Assembly (NCBI GenBank): GCA_900542065.1 | Contig: UQLU01000001.1 | Span: 105,967 to 169,966, forward strand | DNA from: an uncultured Eggerthella sp. | GTDB taxonomy: Bacteria > Actinomycetota > Coriobacteriia > Coriobacteriales > Eggerthellaceae | DNA length: 64,000 nt | Reading direction: 5' to 3' | Shown: positions 1 through 9,876 of the stretch, one piece after another | How positions within the stretch are numbered: the first letter of the stretch is position 1 | How the letters are laid out: each line of letters starts with the position of its first letter | Notes under the pieces: generated by a model | Told to the model about the DNA's origin: nothing | Databases searched by the model: none | What the model saw: only the letters and a program-made list of their open reading frames with translations | Program-made: the position numbers and the translations under genes

Positions 1-719
1 AAGCAGAAGTTATTTTGCTTGTTCGTGGTGGTGGGTCTTTTGAAGATCTTATGCCCTTTAATGATGAAGGATTGGCACGAGCAATAGCATCGTGCTCAAA
101 ACCCGTGGTAACTGGTATTGGGCATGAACCTGATACTTCTATTGCTGACATGGTGGCAGATTTTCGTGCTTCAACCCCGACGGGCGCTGCAGAAGCGGTA
201 AGTCCTCAGATGGAGGATTTGTTGGATACTCTTCGAAATCAATCATCGCGTTTAGCAGGGTCGCTTTCTCATCGGCTTCATCGCTCAGCACTTTATTTGG
301 ATGGTATAGCTTCTCGTCCTTTGTTTAAGGACCCTTCCACGCTTTATTCTGCGGAAATGCAAAGTGTTGATATGCTTCAAGAAACTATGGAGCGCCTAGG
401 TAAGTCGTTTACTCAGGAAAAGACTCATTCAGTTGTAGTTGCTAGTGCATCGTTTGAGCGTATTGGTAAGTCTCTTGTGGTTCCGTTTCAATCTCAGGCA
501 GCTGTGATTACTTCTCGCTTGCATGACCTTTCCCCTTTGAAAATATTAGAACGAGGTTGGTCGATTGCTCGTGACGAACAAGGAGGCGTTATTAGGAGCG
601 TTTCGCAGGTTAAACCGCAGGATAAAATTTCTGTTCAACTTTTAGATGGTACGTTAGCTTGTCGGGTTGAAGATGAAGGAATATCAGAATTAAGTGAAAT
701 CGTTACTATATCTAACTAG
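1..719 (+). CDS. xseA: Exodeoxyribonuclease VII large subunit, C-terminal part (5' end lies outside the window)
   Basis: In-frame ORF runs from the window edge to a TAG at 717-719. The translation (GGGSFEDLMPFNDEGLARAI...GIGHEPDTSIADMVADFRASTPTGAAE) matches the conserved XseA C-terminal region, and xseB follows immediately. Confidence 0.85.
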   Translation, partial: AEVILLVRGGGSFEDLMPFNDEGLARAIASCSKPVVTGIGHEPDTSIADMVADFRASTPTGAAEAVSPQMEDLLDTLRNQSSRLAGSLSHRLHRSALYLDGIASRPLFKDPSTLYSAEMQSVDMLQETMERLGKSFTQEKTHSVVVASASFERIGKSLVVPFQSQAAVITSRLHDLSPLKILERGWSIARDEQGGVIRSVSQVKPQDKISVQLLDGTLACRVEDEGISELSEIVTISN

Positions 720-746
720 CTAGACCTTTTGTTTTGGAGGATATAT

Positions 747-1031
747 ATGAGTGAAGAAACATTGCAAAATGCCAACGATCAATCGGTAAGCTCTGTTGAG
801 GGTTTATCGTTTCGTGAAGCTATGACTGAACTTAATGGGATTGTAGAAGCGCTTGAGAGCAATACACTAGAGCTTGAAGAAAGTTTAGTGAAGTATGAAC
901 GCGGCATTGCTTTGCTTCGTTTCTTGAAGGAAAGCCTTACTTCTGCCCAGCAAAAGGTGGATGTTTTGATGGGTGAACTTGATATGTCGGTTGATGATTC
1001 AATCACTGATTCAACGTTATCTAAGGCTTAG
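747..1031 (+). CDS. xseB: Exodeoxyribonuclease VII small subunit
   Basis: ATG at 747 is preceded by GGAGG at 736-740; the ORF-track TTG at 729 is less likely. The ~94-aa product shows the XseB helical signature (FEEAMTELNGIVEALE...LEESL) and lies directly downstream of xseA. Confidence 0.85.
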   Translation: MSEETLQNANDQSVSSVEGLSFREAMTELNGIVEALESNTLELEESLVKYERGIALLRFLKESLTSAQQKVDVLMGELDMSVDDSITDSTLSKA

Positions 1032-1151
1032 CCTTTGTATAAAACTTTTTTTAAAAGTCGTCTTCGCAATATCTTCGCATTTCAAAACCGTTTATCCCGT
1101 ATTTCTATCCATTGAACGCGCCTAGTCAGCCGTTCGCCAACTACCGGAAAA

Positions 1152-1178
1152 ATGCCTGTCCAATCAATGGACAGGCAT
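1152..1178. promoter_or_regulatory. Perfect 11-bp inverted repeat (ATGCCTGTCCA-N5-TGGACAGGCAT) overlapping the putative -35 of ackA, with a TACAAT -10 box at 1189-1194
   Basis: Read directly from the sequence. It sits 50 bp upstream of the ackA TTG start. It is followed only by a weak T tract, so it looks more like an operator than a terminator. Confidence 0.4.
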
Positions 1179-1226
1179 CGTTATTTCGTACAATAGGGTA
1201 ACGATATTTTAGTAGGAGGGATTGAT

Positions 1227-2453
1227 TTGAACATCCTTGTTATAAATGCTGGGTCTTCATCGTTAAAGTACCAATTGGTCAATGTAACCACTCATAAGGT
1301 TGTTGCCAAGGGTCTATGCGAACGTGTAGGAAGTGAAGAATCTTCTCATAAGCACGGCATTGATGAAAACGAGTATGTTTATGAACTTCCTCTGCCAGAT
1401 CACACGGCTGCAGTTCAGGTTGTATTGGACGTTCTTACTAAGGGGCCTAATGCGGTAATTCATGATATGAGTGAAATTGCTGCAGTTGGCCATCGTGTTG
1501 TTCATGGCGGCGAATACTTCCAAAAGTCTGCTCTTATTGATGAAGATGTTATTTCGAAAATCGATGAGTTGGCAGAACTTGCTCCTTTGCATAATAAGGC
1601 AGCACTTGCAGGTATTTTTGCTTGCCGCAAGCTCATGCCCGATACTCCTATGGTGGCAGTATTCGATACTTCTTTCTTCCAAACCTTGCCACCTTCGGCA
1701 TACATGTATCCGCTTCCCTATGAGTACTACGAAAAATACAGCGTACGTAAGTACGGTGCTCATGGAACTTCTCATCGCTATATTGCCGAGCGCGCCGCAG
1801 ATATGTTGGGAGAACCACTTACTGACCTGCGTTTAATTACCTGTCATTTAGGTAATGGCTGCTCTATTTCAGCAATCGATCATGGCTGTCCTATTGATAC
1901 TTCTATGGGCTTTACGCCTTTAGATGGTCTGATGATGGGTACTCGCTGTGGATCTATTGACCCTGCTATCGTTACTTATTTAATGGATAAGCTTGAACTT
2001 ACTCCTGGCGAAATGAACGACATCATGAATAAGAAGTCGGGTCTGTTGGGTATTTCTGGAATTAGCAATGACCTTCGCAGTGTACGGGAAGCCTCTGAAG
2101 CAGGCGACGAACGTGCTATGCTTGCCTACGAGATGTATTCTTCACGCGTAAAGAAATTTATCGGTCAGTATTTCTTTATGCTGGGTGGGGCAGACGCAAT
2201 TGTTTTAACCGCTGGTGTTGGTGAAAACTGCGATAAGATGCGTCGTATGATTTTCTCTGGTTTGCAGCCTTTGGGAATCATTTTGGATCCTGCTAAGAAT
2301 AAGCAGCGTGGATTTGAGCGTATTATTTCTTCTGATAAGTCTGAAGTTCCCGTTATCGTTATTCCTACCGACGAGGAATACATGATTGCGCGTGATACCT
2401 ACGATATTGTTCGTGCAAAAACTCAGATTATTCCAGTTTCGAAGGAGAACTAA
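1227..2453 (+). CDS. ackA: Acetate kinase
   Basis: 408 aa. N-terminal motif MNILVINAGSSSLKYQL and overall ASKHA-fold conservation. TTG start with AGGAGGG RBS at 1214-1220. Confidence 0.95.
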   Translation: MNILVINAGSSSLKYQLVNVTTHKVVAKGLCERVGSEESSHKHGIDENEYVYELPLPDHTAAVQVVLDVLTKGPNAVIHDMSEIAAVGHRVVHGGEYFQKSALIDEDVISKIDELAELAPLHNKAALAGIFACRKLMPDTPMVAVFDTSFFQTLPPSAYMYPLPYEYYEKYSVRKYGAHGTSHRYIAERAADMLGEPLTDLRLITCHLGNGCSISAIDHGCPIDTSMGFTPLDGLMMGTRCGSIDPAIVTYLMDKLELTPGEMNDIMNKKSGLLGISGISNDLRSVREASEAGDERAMLAYEMYSSRVKKFIGQYFFMLGGADAIVLTAGVGENCDKMRRMIFSGLQPLGIILDPAKNKQRGFERIISSDKSEVPVIVIPTDEEYMIARDTYDIVRAKTQIIPVSKEN

Positions 2454-2508
2454 CGTAAGGTTTACCAGATACAATTCTGCATTCTTACTAACTGTTTTCG
2501 AGCACATA

Positions 2509-2556
2509 TAAAGCGCGCCTTTCGTGATATAGAAAGACGCGCTTTTGTTTTTATTT
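2509..2556 (+). terminator. Rho-independent terminator of ackA
   Basis: GC-rich stem AAAGCGCGCCTTTC / GAAAGACGCGCTTT with an 8-nt loop, followed by TTTTGTTTTTATTTT. Confidence 0.6.
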
Positions 2557-2566
2557 TATTGCTAAA

Positions 2567-2598
2567 AGTGGGTCGTCATCCAACAATAACGACCCACT
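2567..2598 (-). terminator. Probable terminator for convergent pta
   Basis: 10-bp stem AGTGGGTCGT / ACGACCCACT with a 12-nt loop, located just beyond the pta stop. The minus strand shows an A/T-rich tract after it. Confidence 0.4.
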
Positions 2599-2658
2599 CC
2601 CTTAGTACAAAATGATTATTTAGAGCTTAGCAATTGCAATACTTTGGAAAGCCGCAAT

Positions 2659-3651
2659 TTACAACGTCTGTGCCTGAACGCAGGTGATAGCAATTACGCC
2701 AACAACATCTTCAGCGGTGCAGCCACGAGAAAGGTCGTTTACGGGAGCTGCGATACCTTGGAGGATTGGACCGTATGCCTGAGCGTTGCCAAGGCGCTGT
2801 ACTAGCTTGTAACCAATGTTTGCAGCATCCAAATCAGGGAAAATCAAAACATTAGCTTTGCCAGCAACAGGAGAGCCTGGAGCTTTTGATTGACCAACTT
2901 CTGGAACGATAGCGGCATCAAGCTGAAGCTCGCCATCGGCATTCAAGTCAGGATAGTTTTCCTTAATGTAGTTCATTGCTTCAACTACCTTGGTAGCGTC
3001 ATCGTTTTTGGCGCTGCCATAAGATGAATGCGAAAGAAGTGCAATGCGAGCTTCTTTACCAAGCAAACGTTTGAAAGAGTCGTTGGTAAGGTTGGCAATA
3101 TGGGCGAGTTTTTCTGCCGTAGGTTGAACCTCTAAAGCACAGTCCGCGAAAGCGAAAATGCCATTTTCTCCCAAGTCGCAGTTAGGAACATCCATCAAGA
3201 ACAGTGAACTTACCATAGGTGCGCCAGGAGCGGTTTTCAAAACCTTCAGGGCAGGGGAAAGAATTTTTACCGTTGCGCAGCCAGCGCCGCCAACGAGGCC
3301 ATCACACATCCCAGTCTTAAGCATCATGACGGCGAAGTAAATAGGATCAGTAGTTACTAATTCATGGGCTTCTTCTTCGGTCATGCCCTTCTTTTTGCGA
3401 AGTTCATATAAAAGATTAGTAAACTCTTCAACCTTATCGGAAGTGGCAGGATTGATGATTTTTGCGTCATCAAGTTTATAGTCCTTGCCACGAATTTCGG
3501 TTTCGTCGCCTAGAATTACGATATTTGCAATGCCGTCTGCAAGCGCAGTTTCTGCAGCTGCAAGAATACGATCATCATTTCCTTCTGGTAAAACGATAGT
3601 CTTTTTGTCAGACTTAGCACGTTCAATCATTGACTCAATGAGCGTAGCCAT
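2659..3651 (-). CDS. pta: Phosphate acetyltransferase
   Basis: About 330 aa with Pta/PTA_PTB family conservation (MATLIESMIERAK...GCTAEDVVGV). The ATG at plus 3649-3651 is preferred over the upstream TTG, with AAAGGA 6 nt upstream. It is convergent with ackA. Confidence 0.9.
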   Translation of the reverse strand: MATLIESMIERAKSDKKTIVLPEGNDDRILAAAETALADGIANIVILGDETEIRGKDYKLDDAKIINPATSDKVEEFTNLLYELRKKKGMTEEEAHELVTTDPIYFAVMMLKTGMCDGLVGGAGCATVKILSPALKVLKTAPGAPMVSSLFLMDVPNCDLGENGIFAFADCALEVQPTAEKLAHIANLTNDSFKRLLGKEARIALLSHSSYGSAKNDDATKVVEAMNYIKENYPDLNADGELQLDAAIVPEVGQSKAPGSPVAGKANVLIFPDLDAANIGYKLVQRLGNAQAYGPILQGIAAPVNDLSRGCTAEDVVGVIAITCVQAQTL

Positions 3652-3778
3652 AGGCAATCCTTTCGCGATAAATGCTACTTTTCGATATCATTTTAGCGTT
3701 CAAGGTACTACGTGGGTATAATGTGCCTTTAAGGGAAACCGCATACGGCGTGAACGGAAAGGTTAGGTGGAATCCTTC

Positions 3779-4813
3779 ATGAAAACAATCTCCTTTGCAG
3801 TGCCGTGCTACAACTCGGCAGACTACATGGAGAAATGCGTTGAATCACTGCTTCCTTGCGGTGATGATATCGAAATCATTTTGGTCGACGATGGCTCCAC
3901 GAAGGACGACACTCCCGCAATATGCGATAGGCTAGTCGAGGAACATCCTGGTATTGTTCGTGCAATTCATAAGGAAAATGGCGGTCATGGATCAGGGGTT
4001 AATGCAGGTCTTGCAGCTGCTGAAGGTCTTTATTACAAAGTGGTAGATTCTGATGACTGGTTGGATAAACAGGCAATGGATACCATCATGCCGTATTTAC
4101 GTGAGCAGAAAGCGCAGTTCGAACAAACAGGTACTACGGCTACAGATTTGGTTATTGCCAACTATGTGTATGAAAAAGTATATGAAGGTACGCATACCAC
4201 TATTCGCTATACGAATGTTTTCCCGACTGACACCGAGTTTTCATGGTCTGATGTAGGACGCTTTAATCCATCGCAATATTTGTTAATGCACTCGGTAATT
4301 TATCGCACTGAAATGCTTCGCGATATGGGACTCAAGCTCCCTGAACATTGTTTTTATGTTGATAACATCTTTGTTTATGTTCCACTGCCACACGTTAAAA
4401 CTATGCGTTATTTTGACGTTGATATGTATCGTTACTTTATTGGTCGCGAAGACCAGTCGGTTAATGAAAAGATAATGCTTTCAAGAATTGACCAACAGAT
4501 TCGCATTACCAAAGTAATGATTGATTCAGTTGATGTTATGGCTATTGAAAACAAGCGTCTTCGTAACTACATGAAAAACTATCTTTCTATGATGATGTGT
4601 ATCTGCTCGGTTTTCTTACGTATGGAAAAGACCGACGAAAACGAAGCAAAGCGCGCTGACATTTGGGCATATCTTCGCGCGAAAGATGAAAATCTCTACC
4701 ACGATGTTCGTCATTCAGTTTTGAATCTTGCGACTAATATTCCCAGTGATGTGGGACGTATGGTGGGTATTACGGGTTACCACATTGCACAAAAGATTTT
4801 CAAGTTTAACTAG
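3779..4813 (+). CDS. Family 2 glycosyltransferase
   Basis: ISFAVPCYNSADYMEKCVESLL...ILVDDGSTKDDT is the classic GT2 N-terminal DxD region. Start ATG at 3779 is preceded by AGGTGG. Confidence 0.75.
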   Translation: MKTISFAVPCYNSADYMEKCVESLLPCGDDIEIILVDDGSTKDDTPAICDRLVEEHPGIVRAIHKENGGHGSGVNAGLAAAEGLYYKVVDSDDWLDKQAMDTIMPYLREQKAQFEQTGTTATDLVIANYVYEKVYEGTHTTIRYTNVFPTDTEFSWSDVGRFNPSQYLLMHSVIYRTEMLRDMGLKLPEHCFYVDNIFVYVPLPHVKTMRYFDVDMYRYFIGREDQSVNEKIMLSRIDQQIRITKVMIDSVDVMAIENKRLRNYMKNYLSMMMCICSVFLRMEKTDENEAKRADIWAYLRAKDENLYHDVRHSVLNLATNIPSDVGRMVGITGYHIAQKIFKFN

Positions 4814-4867
4814 AAACCCAACTACAACACCTTTTGATAAGCTGCCTTTCTTTGATTGATGGGCGGC

Positions 4868-6319
4868 TTATTCTTTATAGTCTTCAGGGTTTTTAGCTGA
4901 ACTGCCCGTAGTGTCATTGTAGGTTTTCATTTCGTGTCCGAAGCGAACGGCGCCTTCGCCAAAACGTTGCGCAATTAAGTCATTGGCTTCCAACAATTTT
5001 GAATTCTTTTTTGCATGCGCAATCAAAGGACTCTGTTTATCGGCGTTTCTTTTCGCTGGTTTTTTAATATCGGAAATCGGTGTATCAGGTGACTGGTTTG
5101 ATTCACTGAATTCAGAACTATCAAAGAGGGAAGTCTGTACAGGCTCTCCATCGAATCCACTAATTCCCACGCCCACTAAACGAAGTTTTTCACCTGGGGT
5201 CCAAAGCTCATCAAGCATTTCGTAGAGTAGTGGCAGCCAGGTAAGTTCATTAGTTCCCAGGTTGGGAACTTTTCGTTGGCAGGTACGTATGGTTAAGTCT
5301 TCTCGGCGAATCTTCAGGTGAAGGGTGGTTCCTTCTAGATCTTTTCTTCGAAGCCGACGCCCAACTTTGTGAGCCATAGTGGCAATGCGCGCTCGAATTT
5401 CTTGCTTGTCAGTTAAGCTAGTGGCAAAACTAATTTCATTTGAAATTGATTTAACAGGGTCAGGGTTGGCGTTTACGGCAGTATCGATTCCTCGTGCGCG
5501 ATCTACCATGAGCTGCGTATTTTTCCCGAAAACCTGACGAAGAAGCGCAACGTCTGCGGTAACTAAATCGCCTAATGTTTTGATGTGATACGAATTCAGT
5601 TTCTTTTGGGCAACAGGTCCTATTCCGCTCATCACTTTAATAGGAAGCGGTGCTAAGAATCGCTCCGAATCTTCAGGATATACGATCGTTAACCCTCTGG
5701 GTTTGTTTTGGTTTGAGGCAATTTTAGCAACCGATTTTGATGCTCCAAGCCCGATGGAGCAGGTTATGCCGAGCTTTGCGACTCGTTGCTGAATTCTATG
5801 AGCGATACGTGCTGGGTGTTCCTTATTGGTACGAGTGGGACTAACATCAAGAAACGCCTCGTCAATGCTAACTTGCATCAACTGAGGTGATTCATCTAAA
5901 AGGATATTCATTACTTGCTTGGACATTTCACGGTAGCGATGAAAATTTCCAGGAGTCCATATAGCGTTAGGGCATAGTCGTGCAGCAGTAGAAGAGGGCA
6001 TCGCGGAATGAACGCCGTAGGTTCTTGCTTCGTAAGAGGCGGTGGATACTACTCCGCGTTTTTCAGGGCTTCCGCCCACAATTACGGGTTTGCCTTTCCA
6101 TTCAGGATGATCAAGCTGTTCTACTGATGCAAAAAAGGCATCTAAATCCATCAGGATAATGGCAGGACCATTCCATGGACGAAGTGAACTGGGTATTTCG
6201 ACTGGATTTTCATCAAAAGATAAAGATTGGGGTACAACATTACATAACCCCTTGTCAGAGGGTACATAATCAGGAGGAAAATCCTGGTTTTCTGAGTGTT
6301 GTACCTTATTCTTTTCCAT
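4868..6319 (-). CDS. dinB: DNA polymerase IV (Y-family) with N- and C-terminal low-complexity extensions
   Basis: ILMDLDAFFASVEQLDHPEWKGKPVIVGG together with palm, finger and little-finger domain conservation. Total length 483 aa. Confidence 0.85.
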   Translation of the reverse strand: MEKNKVQHSENQDFPPDYVPSDKGLCNVVPQSLSFDENPVEIPSSLRPWNGPAIILMDLDAFFASVEQLDHPEWKGKPVIVGGSPEKRGVVSTASYEARTYGVHSAMPSSTAARLCPNAIWTPGNFHRYREMSKQVMNILLDESPQLMQVSIDEAFLDVSPTRTNKEHPARIAHRIQQRVAKLGITCSIGLGASKSVAKIASNQNKPRGLTIVYPEDSERFLAPLPIKVMSGIGPVAQKKLNSYHIKTLGDLVTADVALLRQVFGKNTQLMVDRARGIDTAVNANPDPVKSISNEISFATSLTDKQEIRARIATMAHKVGRRLRRKDLEGTTLHLKIRREDLTIRTCQRKVPNLGTNELTWLPLLYEMLDELWTPGEKLRLVGVGISGFDGEPVQTSLFDSSEFSESNQSPDTPISDIKKPAKRNADKQSPLIAHAKKNSKLLEANDLIAQRFGEGAVRFGHEMKTYNDTTGSSAKNPEDYKE

Positions 6320-6420
6320 GAAACATAGTCTAGCATGCCCACGGGTAGTTCATTTTGTGTTAGGGTAGTTCACCCAGGCAAAACTCGAGATTAAATTGAT
6401 ACGTAAGGATATGAGGCAAA

Positions 6421-7545
6421 GTGAAACCATTTGATGCTTTTACAGAACTTGTGAATGAGGCATCAGTTGCACCTCAACGTCAAGAAACTTTGCCTTACGA
6501 TATCCGAGCTGAAATCGATTGGATTGATTTTTCTTGTATTGCCAACCCGTTAGGTACACCAAGCTGTGTAAAAGATGCTATTGCTTCTGCAATTTCTGAA
6601 GGAGATTTATCCTTTCTACCCAATAGTGACGGTCAGCATTTAAGCCGCGTTATTGGTCGCTATTTCGAAATGTCTCCTGAAAGTATTATGACGGGTACTA
6701 GCGTTACTTCCTTGGTTGGCGCTATCGCACAAGCTTATAGGCCTTGCAATGTCGGTATCCCAACTCCTGCACCAACGGGTTATTTTTTGGCGATTGCCAA
6801 TGTTGGACATAATCCTGTTAAGTTGGTTAATCCTTATTCGTTATCGGCCATTGAGCCTCAATCAGCTTTTTCAAGCGGAAACAAATTCGAAGCTGCGGTA
6901 TTGGCTAATCCGAGTTTTCCTTGCGCGCGCTTGCTTTCTGAAAAGACGTTGAAGCGCTACCTTGAAGTATGCAATTGGGTTATTGTTGACGAATCGAATA
7001 TTAGCTTAACCCTTGGCGGCGAATCATTTGTTGAACTTACGCGCCAATATCGAAATCTCTTTGTAGTACGTAGTCTTTCGAATGAGCTTGGTATGCCTGG
7101 TATCCCTATGGGCTATGTTGTTGGTAATGAGTCTGCCATTGCTCATATCAAGCAATTTACTGACGGCTCCGACATTTCAATGTTTAACGAAATTGTGGCA
7201 CGTGAATTCCCTCATACAGGCGAATACCTAGAAGAAACCGTTCAGTTGCTTGAAAACGAAATTCCTTGGATGCAGTGCATGCTTAGCTTAACGCCAGGCA
7301 TCAAGGTATTTCCTTCAGAAGCTAACTTTGTAATGTGCGCTCTTGAAGAACGTGCTGCACGCGATTTTGGTATTTCTAGCGCTGCAGATTTGATTGTTCG
7401 TCTTCAAAAAGCTGGCTTTACGGTACGCGATTTGGCGGGTGTCCCCGGCATTGAAGGCAAACGCTATTTCTTGGTATCTATTCGTAGTCACGAAGACAAC
7501 GAAAAGTTTATTTCTGCGTTGCGTGACATTATCGACGAAGCTTAA
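6421..7545 (+). CDS. Class I/II aminotransferase-fold protein (HisC/CobD-like) in which the PLP-lysine and other PLP-contact residues appear substituted
   Basis: 374 aa with overall fold-type I aminotransferase architecture. The expected SxSK motif reads SLSN (nt ~7072-7085), NPxNPTG reads IPTPAPTG, and the DEAY region reads DESN. Confidence 0.55.
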   Translation: MKPFDAFTELVNEASVAPQRQETLPYDIRAEIDWIDFSCIANPLGTPSCVKDAIASAISEGDLSFLPNSDGQHLSRVIGRYFEMSPESIMTGTSVTSLVGAIAQAYRPCNVGIPTPAPTGYFLAIANVGHNPVKLVNPYSLSAIEPQSAFSSGNKFEAAVLANPSFPCARLLSEKTLKRYLEVCNWVIVDESNISLTLGGESFVELTRQYRNLFVVRSLSNELGMPGIPMGYVVGNESAIAHIKQFTDGSDISMFNEIVAREFPHTGEYLEETVQLLENEIPWMQCMLSLTPGIKVFPSEANFVMCALEERAARDFGISSAADLIVRLQKAGFTVRDLAGVPGIEGKRYFLVSIRSHEDNEKFISALRDIIDEA

Positions 7546-7581
7546 TTTCTCAACATAACATCACGGTAAATAAATGAATAA

Positions 7582-7617
7582 AGGCCAGCGTTTACGAAAA
7601 CGCTGGCCTATTTGTTT
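7582..7617. terminator. Bidirectional rho-independent terminator between the aminotransferase-like gene and degV
   Basis: 12-bp stem AGGCCAGCGTTT / AAACGCTGGCCT with loop ACGA, followed by ATTTGTTT. Confidence 0.6.
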
Positions 7618-7699
7618 GAGACGTGACCACATGTAGTCGCCTAAAGAACCGCCCGTTTGAAAAGGTGCCTTTTAAGGCAAGCTAAAGGGGCGACAACTC

Positions 7700-8572
7700 T
7701 TAGCGTTCACTTGCTAAGAAGAAAAGTGCCAAGGTACCAGGACCAGAATGAGCGCCGATTACGGGATCTACGAAGTTCACCAGGTAGTTCTTTACACCAA
7801 ACTTTTCAGTAATGAGCTTTTGTAAATAAGCAACATCGTCAAAACAATCGCCATGTGAAATACCAATTACCTGATCTTCGATTGGCTGGGTAATTGTTTC
7901 CTCCATGTGTTTTACCAATGCCTGGATACTCTTTTTGCGTCCGCGTGTTTTCTCCATGGGAATAAGTAAGCCATCATTGTCCACATGGAGAACAGGCTTG
8001 ATATTGAGTAAACTTCCCGCAAATGCAGCAGTGCGTGATACGCGGCCGCCGCGGAAGAGGAACATCAAATCATCAACAGTAAACCAATGGGCAAGATGCA
8101 AACGATTGTCGCGAACCCATTGTTCTACTTCTTCAAGCGACTTGCCTTCTTGGCGTTGTTTTGCAGCATAGTAGACGATAAGACCTTGTCCAACCGATGC
8201 AGCAAGCGTATCAACTGAAGCAAAGGTTCGCTCGGGATATTGTTCGCTTAGCATTTTGCCAATATTGCGCATACCCTCATAGGTTCCTGAAAGACCACTC
8301 GAAAAGCCAAGATAGAGAATGCCTTCTCCCTGTTTAAATATGTTTTCAAACACTTCTTGAGCATCAGATAAATTGGGAAGGGAAGTGGTGAAAATCTTGC
8401 CTTCACGCATCATGGTATAGAACTGTTTTAAATCAGTTACCTGGCCTTTGAGGTAGCTTTGATATTCTTCGCCATCTGCCATAAAAACTAATGGCAGAAC
8501 TTCTAGTTCAAGATCGTCTATAAGTGATTCAGGTAAGTTGCAAGAAGAATCAGTAACAATTTTGTAGGACAT
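7700..8572 (-). CDS. DegV family fatty-acid-binding protein
   Basis: 290 aa beginning MSYKIVTDSSCNLPESL with DegV/EDD-fold conservation. Strong GAGGAG RBS. Confidence 0.85.
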   Translation of the reverse strand: MSYKIVTDSSCNLPESLIDDLELEVLPLVFMADGEEYQSYLKGQVTDLKQFYTMMREGKIFTTSLPNLSDAQEVFENIFKQGEGILYLGFSSGLSGTYEGMRNIGKMLSEQYPERTFASVDTLAASVGQGLIVYYAAKQRQEGKSLEEVEQWVRDNRLHLAHWFTVDDLMFLFRGGRVSRTAAFAGSLLNIKPVLHVDNDGLLIPMEKTRGRKKSIQALVKHMEETITQPIEDQVIGISHGDCFDDVAYLQKLITEKFGVKNYLVNFVDPVIGAHSGPGTLALFFLASER

Positions 8573-8871
8573 GAAGAGCTCCTCACATGGGCATTATTTT
8601 GCTATCGACAGAGTATCATATCGCACTTGATTTAACGGGCGTTTGCTCTGTTTAGGCCGTAAAGATAGGTAAAAGTTTAAGGTGGTTATGAAAGCATCAA
8701 TTGAGGTGCTAGTAATATTTCTTCTTGTTCTGATTTGATAGCTAGGTCACAATAGAATATCGGTAGCGGGAATTTGAGATATCTTATCGGACGATGATTC
8801 GTAAAGGGATAGTTTGATCATTTCGCATACCGTTATGGGGATTTATTTACTTATAAAGTGAGGGGTTAATC

Positions 8872-9876
8872 ATGGAGGGAATAAGCGCAGGTATTTCCCA
8901 AATTGTTATTTTGGCGCTTGTTGTCTTTCTTGGTTTCGTGTTAGCTAAGCTCGACTTTATCGACGAACATACCTCTAATAAACTTGTAGGTCTCCTTATC
9001 AACGTTACCTTGCCTTGCATGATTATTGCTTCAACATCTTCTGTTGAATTTAGCCAGATCGCTAATCAAATTCCCCTTGTTTGTGGTTTGGGTATTGTAC
9101 TTTTTATCTTTATGGCGTTGGCCTCCATCGTTGCCTGTCTTTTGTTGCGGGTTTCAAGGGACACGGTGGTTTGCTTTATTTTTTCAGGTATTTGCACACA
9201 AACTGCGTTTATCGGAGTTCCCGTTATAGCTGCGGTTTTGGGTGAGTCTACGGTTATTCTGACCAGCTTGATTGTGGCAATAATTAATGTCTTTTTATTT
9301 AGTGTTGGCATAGCTATGCTCGTTGTTGATCAGCAATTACGTGAAACTGAATCACCCGATGCTTCAGGAGAAAGGAAAAAGTTTTCTTTCAGTGATGCAC
9401 TTTCTCGAGTTTCGCTTAGTTGGAAAAACTTCATTAATCCTGCTTTGGTAGCTGCTGTGCTTGCTTTACTCTTGCTTTTCTTCCGTATTCCTTTGCCTTA
9501 TGTTTTAGAAAGTGCCTTCGATATGGTGGGTAGCTTAACAGCAACTATTTCGATGCTTGTTATCGGGTTTTATGTATCACGAATGCGGATAAAGGAATCT
9601 CTGTCTCAATGGCGGGTGTTTGCCTTCGGTTTTATTCGTTTTTTCCTTGGATCTGTTGCGCTGTTCTATGCGCTTTCGTTCGTAATCCCTGATGAGCTTA
9701 TTGTATCTATTGCGGTATTGGAGTTCGCAATGCCTACAGGTGCAATGGTTCCCGCCTTTATCGCCAGTCATAAAGGTGATGCAATGCTCGCTTCTGAACA
9801 CACGGTAATTTCTGCGGTGCTTTCGTTTGTATATCTGCCCTGTATTATTGCGATTATGGCGTTGTTCCCGTTATAG
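8872..9876 (+). CDS. AEC (auxin efflux carrier) family transporter
   Basis: 334 aa polytopic membrane protein with two hydrophobic halves separated by a hydrophilic loop, as expected for the AEC/Mleb family. Confidence 0.75.
   Translation: MEGISAGISQIVILALVVFLGFVLAKLDFIDEHTSNKLVGLLINVTLPCMIIASTSSVEFSQIANQIPLVCGLGIVLFIFMALASIVACLLLRVSRDTVVCFIFSGICTQTAFIGVPVIAAVLGESTVILTSLIVAIINVFLFSVGIAMLVVDQQLRETESPDASGERKKFSFSDALSRVSLSWKNFINPALVAAVLALLLLFFRIPLPYVLESAFDMVGSLTATISMLVIGFYVSRMRIKESLSQWRVFAFGFIRFFLGSVALFYALSFVIPDELIVSIAVLEFAMPTGAMVPAFIASHKGDAMLASEHTVISAVLSFVYLPCIIAIMALFPL

Noticed and set aside
1314-1836. ORFs 1314-1775 (-), 1471-1836 (+) and 1502-1705 (-) inside ackA
   Set aside because: They lie entirely within, or antisense to, the well-supported ackA coding frame. 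Their products are low-complexity or hydrophobic junk, so they are spurious.
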